Positions 52,001-58,805 of a stretch of DNA of 64,000 nt are shown piece after piece. Both the position numbers and the translations under genes were made by a program. The stretch comes from Gemmatimonadota bacterium. GTDB lineage: Bacteria; Gemmatimonadota; Gemmatimonadetes; Palauibacterales; Palauibacteraceae. The DNA lies in NCBI GenBank assembly GCA_965116475.1, contig OZ220691.1, positions 2,528,001-2,592,000 on the forward strand. Reading direction: 5' to 3'. The first letter of the stretch is position 1. Every line of letters starts with the position of its first letter. A model generated the notes under the pieces. It was not told where the DNA came from. It saw only the letters and a program-made list of their open reading frames with translations, and did no database searches.

Positions 52001-52273
52001 GAGGGCGAACTCGTGCAGCTCAAGAACACGGGGCCGGACGGGGTGCGCTGGCCCTCGATGATCGCCGGCCGCCTGCAGTACCTCCAGGGCGCGGTCGGCA
52101 CGGCCGACTTCCCGCCCACCGATCAGCACGCCGAGGTGGCGCAGCTCCTCAGCGACCAGATCGATGAAGTTCTGGTCCGGCTGGAAGCGGTGCTGGCCGA
52201 CGAACTCGCCGAGTTCAACCGGCTGCTCCAGGCAAGGGTCGGCCGCGTCATCACGACCGACCAGGACGGATAG
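49022..52273 (+). CDS. Secreted BNR/Asp-box beta-propeller protein (VPS10/sialidase-like glycosyl hydrolase family)
   Basis: Signal peptide; many S/T-x-D-G-G-x-T/S-W repeats; helical C-terminus. Confidence 0.88.
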   Translation: MSNVRRFSISLALALAAAAPLAAQQLMPEQYEGLRARHIGPVGNRVSSVAGVPGDRNTYFAGAATGGIWKTDDAGLHWRPVFDDQPVHSIGALAVAPSDHAVVWAGTGETSIRSNVSIGNGVWKSTDGGESWTHMGLEGTGRVGRILIHPRDADIVYVAALGHAYAESDERGVYRTSDGGASWEKILFVDRGTGAYDMVMDPANPRKIFATMWDIDLKTWKRDSGGPGSGLHLTMDGGDTWTELEGNGLPTGTLGKIAVCMSHSDSDRVYALIETSDGVPMEGYETDTGELWSSDDGGRTWRLVNYSHDLATRQAYYTRCGVASDDRDELYFLSSSFSVSRDGGATYEMFNFLGGGPLGGDPAAPGWDLHDIWVDPENSDRVFIGGDSGVAITENRMKSWSRMQLPIAQMYHVTVDNEIPYNVMGNRQDGPSYHGPSNTRYSGFWARGLIPRGDWTTVGGGESGFATPDPTDPNIVWSSASGAGAVGGIVVRHDRERGQFRDVEVWPESTMGYPAEEIRYRFQWTFPLLISPHDHETIYVTSQHVHRTRNRGQSWEVISPDLSTNNRERMTISGGLTPDNIGVEFCCVIYAFDESPIEQGVFWAGTNDGLVQVSRDDGATWTNVTGNIPNLPPDGIVRSIDASRYDVAKAYITIEHHQVGDFDARAYKTDDFGETWTQITNGVDNYPVDYTRYLLEDPVRPGLLYLGTETNVYISYDDGESWQLFMPNLPPTPYYGLIIQEHFNDFVAGTYGRGYWILDDLSAVQQLTPEIAASDAHLFAPRDAYRFNDISEPQIMYEDWSVGQNPPNGASINYWLGGGDGREVQVRVENSDGETLATLDGSSHDGFNRVWWNFRGPDAKPIAYRTKPQFADWMPMPEVSRQVGGGFFGFGGGPRQPPGTYTVTLVVDGEDVGSEELTVLRDPSSEGSMADILAQKALLDDIVEDRNRLADAVNRIELLRRQIYDLRPVLEEAGDAGDALEAGEALDESLIEVEGELVQLKNTGPDGVRWPSMIAGRLQYLQGAVGTADFPPTDQHAEVAQLLSDQIDEVLVRLEAVLADELAEFNRLLQARVGRVITTDQDG

Positions 52274-52278
52274 CGCAG

Positions 52279-53244
52279 GTGCGCCGGGCGATCCTCCGGC
52301 TGGCGGCCGGGGGGGCGCTGGCCGGAGGCACGCTCGCCTGCGCACCGGGCCCGGACATCGCCCCCGAATCGCGCGCCGCGACGGCGGGGTTCTGCTCGAA
52401 CGTGCCCCGCGGGCAGTACGCCGACCTGGAGCGCGTCGAGATCGCGGACGACTGGTTCGAGGTGTATCGCGTCGCGCCTCGCGTGTACGCGATCTACGAG
52501 CCGCACCAGTTCCAGGAGGTCATCTCCTACCTCATCCTCGGCGATGAGGGCGCGCTCCTGTTCGACACAGGGATGGGGATCAGTTCCATTCGCGCCCTCG
52601 TTTCCGGACTCACCGATCTGCCGGTCACCGTGCTGAACTCGCACACCCACATGGACCACGTCGGAGGCAACGCGGAGTTCGAGCGCGTCCTCGCCCTCGA
52701 CACCGAGTTCACCCGTGCGCGAGCCCTCGGCCGCGGGAATGCGGACGTTCGGGGCGAGGTGCAAGAGAGCGCGCTTTGCCGGCCCCTCCCCGCGGGCGTC
52801 ACCGAGGACAGCTATCACACCCCCGCCTTCGAGATCGACGCTTTCGTCGGCGACGGGGACACGATCGACCTGGGGGGACGAACGCTCGAGATCATCGGGG
52901 CGCCCGGCCACACGCCCGATGCGATCGTCCTCCTCGACCGCGAAGCCGGGTTCCTGTGGACCGGGGACTCCTTTTACGAGGGCCCGATCTGGCTGTTCGC
53001 GCCCGAGACGGACCTGGAGGCGTACCGGACCTCGGTGGCCCGGCTCGCCGAGCTCGTGCCCGGGTTGACGACGCTGTTCACGGCCCACAACACGCCGGTC
53101 GCGCCGCCGTCGCGGCTGCTCGAGCTGCACGATGCCGTGGAAGCCATGTTCGAGGGCATCGCCGTCGGCAACCGGCTTCGGGACGGCGGCGTCGAGTTCG
53201 TGTTCGAAGGGTTCTCGATCATGGTCGGCCCGGACCCGCGGTGA
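52279..53244 (+). CDS. MBL-fold metallo-hydrolase, lipoprotein
   Basis: HTHMDH, PGHT, TGD, AH; TLA-C lipobox. Confidence 0.88.
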   Translation: MRRAILRLAAGGALAGGTLACAPGPDIAPESRAATAGFCSNVPRGQYADLERVEIADDWFEVYRVAPRVYAIYEPHQFQEVISYLILGDEGALLFDTGMGISSIRALVSGLTDLPVTVLNSHTHMDHVGGNAEFERVLALDTEFTRARALGRGNADVRGEVQESALCRPLPAGVTEDSYHTPAFEIDAFVGDGDTIDLGGRTLEIIGAPGHTPDAIVLLDREAGFLWTGDSFYEGPIWLFAPETDLEAYRTSVARLAELVPGLTTLFTAHNTPVAPPSRLLELHDAVEAMFEGIAVGNRLRDGGVEFVFEGFSIMVGPDPR

Positions 53245-54212
53245 ACGACCCGATCCGGGGTTTTCTCGAGCGGGCGGGCTTCCTGGTCCTCGATGGGGGC
53301 CTGGCGACGGAACTCGAGGGGCTGGGCTGCGACCTCGACGACCCCCTGTGGTCCGCCCGCGCCCTCATCGAAGAGCCCGAGGCGATCCGCGCCGCGCACC
53401 GCCGCTTCCTGGAGGCGGGCGCCGACTGCATCGCCACCGCGACCTACCAGGCGACGTTCGAGGGCTTCGCGGCCCGGGGGCTCGACGCGGCGGCGACCGC
53501 CCGCCTCCTGCGCGCCTCCGTCGACCTGGCCATCTCGGCTCGCGAGGACTTTCTCGGCGGCGGAGCGGGGCCGGCGATCCGCCCGCCGCCGCTCGTCGCG
53601 GCGAGCATCGGGCCGTACGGGGCCCACCTGGCCGATGGATCGGAGTACACCGGCGACTACGGGCTCTCCGCAGCCGAGTTGTACGACTTCCACGCCCGAC
53701 GCTGGGAAGTCCTCGCCGAGACCCCGGCCGATGTCCTCGCCTGCGAGACCACGCCTTCCGTGGAGGAGACGCGCGCCTATTGCCGGCTCGCCGCGGTATC
53801 CCACCGCCCGACCTGGGTCAGCTTCCAGTGTCGCGACGCCGCGCGCCTCGCGGACGGCACCCCGCTCGAGACCGCCGTCGCCCTGTGCGACGCCGAACCC
53901 CACGTGGTCGCGGTCGGCGTGAACTGCGTCGATCCGCGCTTCGTGGCGCCGCTCGTCCGCGCGGCCCGGCGAGCGACCGAAAAACCGGTACTCGCCTATC
54001 CCAACTCGGGCGAGGCCTGGGACGCGGAGGCGAAGTGCTGGACGGGCCCCGCGACCCCGACGGACTGGGCCCGGGGCGCCGCGGAATGGCGGGAAGAGGG
54101 AGCCGACGGCGTTGGCGGCTGCTGCCGCGTGGGCCCCGCCGAGATCGCCGCCATCCGCGACGGAGCCGTACCTTCCGGGCCGACCGTCACTTCAGCCGAC
54201 TCTTCAACCTGA
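53241..54212 (+). CDS. mmuM: Homocysteine S-methyltransferase
   Basis: LDGGLATELE, LWSA, TATYQA, GPYGAHLADGSEY, GVNC, YPNSGE, GGCCR. Confidence 0.93.
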   Translation: MNDPIRGFLERAGFLVLDGGLATELEGLGCDLDDPLWSARALIEEPEAIRAAHRRFLEAGADCIATATYQATFEGFAARGLDAAATARLLRASVDLAISAREDFLGGGAGPAIRPPPLVAASIGPYGAHLADGSEYTGDYGLSAAELYDFHARRWEVLAETPADVLACETTPSVEETRAYCRLAAVSHRPTWVSFQCRDAARLADGTPLETAVALCDAEPHVVAVGVNCVDPRFVAPLVRAARRATEKPVLAYPNSGEAWDAEAKCWTGPATPTDWARGAAEWREEGADGVGGCCRVGPAEIAAIRDGAVPSGPTVTSADSST

Positions 54213-54225
54213 CCGGATAGCATCC

Positions 54226-55605
54226 ATGTGGCATGAGGACATCCTTGGCACGATCGGCGGCACGCCTCTCGTCCGCGTGAACCGCCTCGCCGCGCACCTC
54301 CCGGGCACGGTCCTCGCGAAGCTCGAGTACTTCAACCCCGGCGGCTCCGTGAAGGACCGCATCGGGATCTCGATGCTCGACGACGCCGAGGCACGGGGGG
54401 AGATCGCGCCCGGCGGCACGATCGTCGAGGGCACGAGCGGCAACACCGGCGTCGGGCTCGCGCTCGCCGCCATCGCGCGCGGCTACAAGTGCATCTTCGC
54501 GACCACGGACAAGCAGAGCCCCGAGAAGATCGCCATCCTGCGGGCGCTCGGGGCCGAGGTCATTGTCTGCCCGACCGCCGTGGACCCCGAGGATCCGCGC
54601 TCCTACTACCAGGTCTCGCGCCGGCTGGCGGAGGAGACGCCCAACTCCTTCTACATGAACCAGTACGACAACCCCGCCAACACGCTCGCCCACCTGCGGA
54701 CGACCGGCCCGGAGCTGTGGGAAGGGACCGGGGGGAGGATCACGCACCTCTTCGTCGGCTCCGGCACGGGCGGCACGATCTCGGGCTCCGCCGCCTACCT
54801 CAAGGAACGGAACCCCGAGGTCCGGATCATCGGCGTGGATCCGCATGGCTCCGTCTACTGGAAGTACTTTCACACCGGCGAGTTCGACGAAGACGAGATC
54901 CAGCCCTACGTCACCGAAGGGGTGGGAGAGGACATCCTCGCGGGCAACATGAACTTCGACATCGTCGACGACTACGTGCGCGTCACGGACCGGGAGTCGA
55001 TGCTCATGACCCGCCGTCTCGCGCGCGAGGAGGGGATGTTCCTCGGCGGTTCCTGCGGCATGGCGATGGCCGGCGCCCTGCAGTGGATGGAGGCGAACCG
55101 CGACGCGACCGACGACGACGCGGTCCTCGTCGTGGTCATGCCCGACGGCGGCTATCGCGCGCTCGGAAAGGTCTACAACGACGTCTGGATGCAGGAGCAC
55201 GGCTTCCTCGACGAGGGCGAAACCCTCACCGCGGGAGCGCTCGCCACGCGCCGGTCGACGGAGAGGCCGCTGGTGTCCGCCCCGGTCGACATGTCGCTGG
55301 AGGACGCGATCGCGTCGATGCGCGAGCACGCGATTTCGCAGTTGCCGGTGATGGAGGGAGGAGACGTCGTTGGCAGCCTCATCGAGCAGAACATCCTCCG
55401 CTTCCTCATGGGAGACCCCGACGCGCGGAGACGCCTCGTGCGCGACGTCATGGGCCCGCCCTTCCCGGTCGTGGAGGCCTCGAGCCCCGTGCACGCGTTC
55501 GCGAACGCGCTCAGCGGAGACCAGCCCGCCGTGCTCGTGCGGCGAGAAGACGGCACGCTCGCCATCCTCACCCGCTCCGACCTGATCTCCGCCCTCGGCG
55601 CGTAG
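54226..55605 (+). CDS. Cystathionine beta-synthase-like PLP enzyme with C-terminal CBS domains
   Basis: NPGGSVKDR, TSGNTG, GSGTGGT, EGVGED, HAISQLPV, ILTRSDL. Confidence 0.9.
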   Translation: MWHEDILGTIGGTPLVRVNRLAAHLPGTVLAKLEYFNPGGSVKDRIGISMLDDAEARGEIAPGGTIVEGTSGNTGVGLALAAIARGYKCIFATTDKQSPEKIAILRALGAEVIVCPTAVDPEDPRSYYQVSRRLAEETPNSFYMNQYDNPANTLAHLRTTGPELWEGTGGRITHLFVGSGTGGTISGSAAYLKERNPEVRIIGVDPHGSVYWKYFHTGEFDEDEIQPYVTEGVGEDILAGNMNFDIVDDYVRVTDRESMLMTRRLAREEGMFLGGSCGMAMAGALQWMEANRDATDDDAVLVVVMPDGGYRALGKVYNDVWMQEHGFLDEGETLTAGALATRRSTERPLVSAPVDMSLEDAIASMREHAISQLPVMEGGDVVGSLIEQNILRFLMGDPDARRRLVRDVMGPPFPVVEASSPVHAFANALSGDQPAVLVRREDGTLAILTRSDLISALGA

Positions 55606-55614
55606 AAGCGACGG

Positions 55615-55779
55615 ATGAGCAAGCCGGAAGGGACCGATGAGCGTATGCCGAAGAAGCTCCCCATCGAGGAGTGGATCAAGAAAGTCCGCGCGGACAAAGC
55701 CCGGGCTCGCAAGGAGGGGTCAAAGAACCGCGTGACCACCGAGAGCATCCTGCGAGCGAGAGACGCCGACCGGAAGTAA
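55615..55779 (+). CDS. Small basic protein (54 aa) resembling the C-terminal half of a FitA/VapB-type antitoxin
   Basis: Manual translation MSKPEGTDERMPKKLPIEEWIKKVRADKARARKEGSKNRVTTESILRARDADRK; below the ORF-track cutoff; family resemblance is from memory. Confidence 0.5.
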   Translation: MSKPEGTDERMPKKLPIEEWIKKVRADKARARKEGSKNRVTTESILRARDADRK

Positions 55780-55785
55780 CGGTCG

Positions 55786-56529
55786 TCAGCCTACCACGGG
55801 TTGGTAGTCACTCCCGTTCATCGGCTCGTAGCGGTCCCACCGGCCTTGCATCTCGATCAGAACGCGCTGCTTTGACGGTGCGGGTTGCGGATTCATCCTT
55901 ACCACCCGTGCCGAGTATCGGTCAGGCACTTCCGCCATGGCCATCGCCAGGTCGGAGGCCAGATAACGAGGCGCCCAACCGATCATGAAGTAGTCCTCAG
56001 TCTGGATTTGGACGGCGAACCCGGTGACTGGATTGGTGAGCTCCACCGTGACGTACAGCGCTTCTCCCGGTGTCAGGCGCTCGAGACGCTCCTTGGCCGC
56101 AGAATTGACGTGCCGCCAACCGTGGAGGAAAAACCGGCACGAAAACGATCCGTCCGCATCTCTCTCGATCTTCGGGAAGACCTCGTAGGCATCTGTCTGG
56201 CGGTAACCACCGTTCGCCGCCAGGATTTCAATCGGGTCGGCCTTATGACCCAGGTCCAGATTGCGAAGGTAGTCCCCCAGGTCCGGCCTGCCGGGGTTGA
56301 TCACTCGGTTCTGAAACAGCGGAAACAGGCTCGACGCCTTGTAATCCTCCTCCAGCTCCGGGAACTCGACGAGCAGCGGAAACCCTGCTTCGGCCTGGGC
56401 TCGCCTGGCGCCGCCGGTGTAGCGGAACCGGTACTCCGGTTGAGATACGTCCGCATCGAGACGGCCGACGGGGAACCACTGCCGCCTATCCTCTTCCTGC
56501 CACGCCAGGAACAGAGTTTTCGGAGTCAT
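55786..56529 (-). CDS. HipS/HipA-N-like domain fused to a HIRAN domain
   Basis: LFLAWQ..PVGRL..YRFRY..LFPLFQNRV..RPD..GGYRQTD; then FFLHGWRH, LTPGEAL, ELTNP, IGWAPRYL (HIRAN-like); ATGA overlap with the kinase. Confidence 0.8.
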   Translation of the reverse strand: MTPKTLFLAWQEEDRRQWFPVGRLDADVSQPEYRFRYTGGARRAQAEAGFPLLVEFPELEEDYKASSLFPLFQNRVINPGRPDLGDYLRNLDLGHKADPIEILAANGGYRQTDAYEVFPKIERDADGSFSCRFFLHGWRHVNSAAKERLERLTPGEALYVTVELTNPVTGFAVQIQTEDYFMIGWAPRYLASDLAMAMAEVPDRYSARVVRMNPQPAPSKQRVLIEMQGRWDRYEPMNGSDYQPVVG

Positions 56530-57416
56530 CGAGCGACCTCCCGTAGCTGGTCTCGATTGTAGCAGATCAGTTCGACGACAAACGCCCGTGCGGTATCCGA
56601 CATCCAATCAACCGGCACGCGACGCACAAGCTCCGCTACGAGGGAATCAGTCAACGCGTCCACACGTTCCAAGATACTGCGGAAATAGGGCCCGTGCCTT
56701 TCAGCCGCCTCCCGCACCAGCGTCAGGGGACTCGGACCGTACCGCGCATCCCCCGACCAGTGGATTCCTCCACGGCCCCTCTCCGAATACCAACCCACCC
56801 TCTTCTCGTTCAACAGGAGGGTTCGCCTTTCGTCACGAAGCTCCCTCCCAAGCGAGGAGGCGTGATCGAACGACGGGGCAAGCCCACCTTTCCAATTCTC
56901 TCCAACGCGACGCCGCAGGAAGCCCCAGTTCTCGTGATGGCGATCGGTGTTCCCAATCACCGCGTCCAACACCAGATACCCCGCAAACGCCGTCCGGTTT
57001 GTTTCGGCTGCGGCTCGCTCCCGAAAGATCCGGTCGAATGATGCCCAGATGTTGCTGAACGAATGGTCCGATTGACCGAACCTGGCTGTTCGATCGTAGC
57101 CCTCCACCGTCCGCGCAAGGACCTGGTTTCCGTGAACCAGCTCGGTGCTTCCCGGAGCGAAGGACTCGGAGATCGACCCACGTTCGCTCTCAAACTCGGC
57201 CAGTTCGGTTCTCGCGTGCCGGATGCCCAGAGCTCGCGCGATTTCGGCCGCAATCTTCTCCGCCCAATGCTGACCGGTGTTGGGTTGGGGATACTTGAAG
57301 AGCCATGCTGGTCCGTGACCCTCGGCTTTTCGATACCAGAACTTCCGCTTGGTGCCCATGTCTTCCGGTCCACGCCATTCCGGATCCACCACGACAACGG
57401 GATAGTTCTCAAGCAC
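56526..57416 (-). CDS. HipA-like Ser/Thr kinase (kinase core only)
   Basis: GTKRKFW, WLFK, WAEKIA, LDAVIGNTDRHHENWG, LAPSFDH. Confidence 0.88.
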   Translation of the reverse strand: MLENYPVVVVDPEWRGPEDMGTKRKFWYRKAEGHGPAWLFKYPQPNTGQHWAEKIAAEIARALGIRHARTELAEFESERGSISESFAPGSTELVHGNQVLARTVEGYDRTARFGQSDHSFSNIWASFDRIFRERAAAETNRTAFAGYLVLDAVIGNTDRHHENWGFLRRRVGENWKGGLAPSFDHASSLGRELRDERRTLLLNEKRVGWYSERGRGGIHWSGDARYGPSPLTLVREAAERHGPYFRSILERVDALTDSLVAELVRRVPVDWMSDTARAFVVELICYNRDQLREVAR

Positions 57417-57434
57417 GATTGACGCCGGCGCGAA

Positions 57435-57905
57435 CTAGCCTTCGCCGGGGAGGGAGTAGAGGTGGGCGGTGACGAGGGCGGCGACGAGCAGGAGGAGGGC
57501 GACGAGCCAGAGTTGCCCGGCGGCGAACACGGCGGAGATGAGGATCGCGCTCCACAGGAAGATCGTTGCGCCGCGCCGCACGCGCGTGGAGATCACGCCG
57601 CGCTCCCGGTAGGCGGCGAGGTAGCGGCCGAAGAGGCGGTTCTCGTACAGCCAGCGCTCGGCACGAGGCGAGCTGCGCGCGAAGCACCACGCGGCGAGCA
57701 GGAGGAAACAGGTCGTGGGCCAGAGCGGCACCACGATGCCGATGACGCCGGCGCTCACGCTCAGGCTTCCCACGCCCAGGAAGACGGCTCGTCGCACCGG
57801 GCCGGGCAGTGAACGCGCCACGCGCTCCGCGGCCTCGTGATCGACGGGGCAGCGCGCGGACGCCGACCGGGGCGCGGCTTGGCCGTGGGGCGAGCTATGG
57901 GGCAT
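57435..57905 (-). CDS. ybaN: YbaN/DUF454 inner-membrane protein
   Basis: GVIGIVVPLWPTTCFLLLAAWCFARSS..WL..NRLFG. Confidence 0.88.
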   Translation of the reverse strand: MPHSSPHGQAAPRSASARCPVDHEAAERVARSLPGPVRRAVFLGVGSLSVSAGVIGIVVPLWPTTCFLLLAAWCFARSSPRAERWLYENRLFGRYLAAYRERGVISTRVRRGATIFLWSAILISAVFAAGQLWLVALLLLVAALVTAHLYSLPGEG

Positions 57906-57954
57906 GTGTTCGGCGAACTCCGTCTGGTCCGGGAATCTTCCGACCGGGGGATCA

Positions 57955-58028
57955 TGCGCCCGGGAGGACTCGAACCCCCAGCCTTCTGATCCGAAGTCAG
58001 ACGCTCTGTCCAATTGAGCTACGGGCGC
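57955..58028 (-). tRNA. tRNA-Arg(TCG), CCA not encoded
   Basis: GCGCCCG acceptor stem, AGCTCAATTGGACAGAGC D arm, TCTGA-CTTCGGA-TCAGA anticodon arm, GGGGG-TTCGAGT-CCTCC T arm. Confidence 0.96.
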
Positions 58029-58046
58029 GGGTGGCGCGCGCCGAAA

Positions 58047-58075
58047 ACGGTAGAACCGGCCCGCGTCCGATGCAA
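58047..58075 (-). promoter_or_regulatory. Sigma70-type promoter for the tRNA
   Basis: On the minus strand TTGCAT, 17-nt spacer, TACCGT. Confidence 0.55.
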
Positions 58076-58205
58076 CTCCGATCCGCCGTTTCTCGCCGGA
58101 ACGCCCGTGTGGGAGCCGACACCCCGGCGCTCCCGGTCGTTCGCGGATTTCCGAGACACGGCGCTAGATTCGGGGACGCCCAACCACGTCACCCGGAGCG
58201 GAACG

Positions 58206-58805
58206 ATGCGACGACTGCGTACACTCTTCCTCCTCGGCGCGCTGGCCGCCGGACCCCTGGCGCTAGCGGCGCCCGCCCCCTCCCTTGCCCAGAGCCGCGC
58301 GAACGTGGCCATGGCGGAGAGCTGGCCCGACGCCGATCCCGGCGACGTGGAGTCGGTCGACAGCATCCTGACCGCGCTCTACGACGTCATCTCGGGCCCG
58401 GCCGGACAGGCGCGCGACTGGGACCGCTTCCGCTCCCTGTTCATCCCGGAGGCCCGGCTCATTCCCACGGGGCGGTCCCCGGAGGGCGAGCACGGCTACC
58501 AGGTGTGGAGCCCGGGAGAATACGCCGAACAGGCGGGCGGCTACCTCGAGCAGAACGGGTTCTTCGAGCGGGAGATCGCCCGCAGCGAGGAGCGCTTCGG
58601 CCCCGTCGTCCACGCCTTCTCGACCTACGACTCGAAGCGCACCGCAGACGACCCCGAGCCGTTCGCGCGCGGCATCAACTCCATCCAGCTCATGCACGAC
58701 GGCGACCGCTGGTACGTCGTCACGATCTACTGGGCCGCGGAACGGCCGGATCTGCCGATTCCGGGACAGTATCTGCCCTCCAGGAACGGAGGAGGCGCCC
58801 CGTGA
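58206..58805 (+). CDS. Secreted hypothetical protein, NTF2-like fold candidate
   Basis: Signal peptide; ALYDVISGPAG..RDWDRFRSLF, FFERE, RGINSIQL. Confidence 0.75.
   Translation: MRRLRTLFLLGALAAGPLALAAPAPSLAQSRANVAMAESWPDADPGDVESVDSILTALYDVISGPAGQARDWDRFRSLFIPEARLIPTGRSPEGEHGYQVWSPGEYAEQAGGYLEQNGFFEREIARSEERFGPVVHAFSTYDSKRTADDPEPFARGINSIQLMHDGDRWYVVTIYWAAERPDLPIPGQYLPSRNGGGAP

Noticed and set aside
57906..58013. N-terminal extension of YbaN (MDRASDFGSEGWGFES)
   Set aside because: It is the tRNA sequence read as protein.
55606..58028. Integrative element at tRNA-Arg
   Set aside because: No integrase and no duplicated tRNA 3' end near 55600-55790; host-like ybaN lies between the tRNA and the islet.
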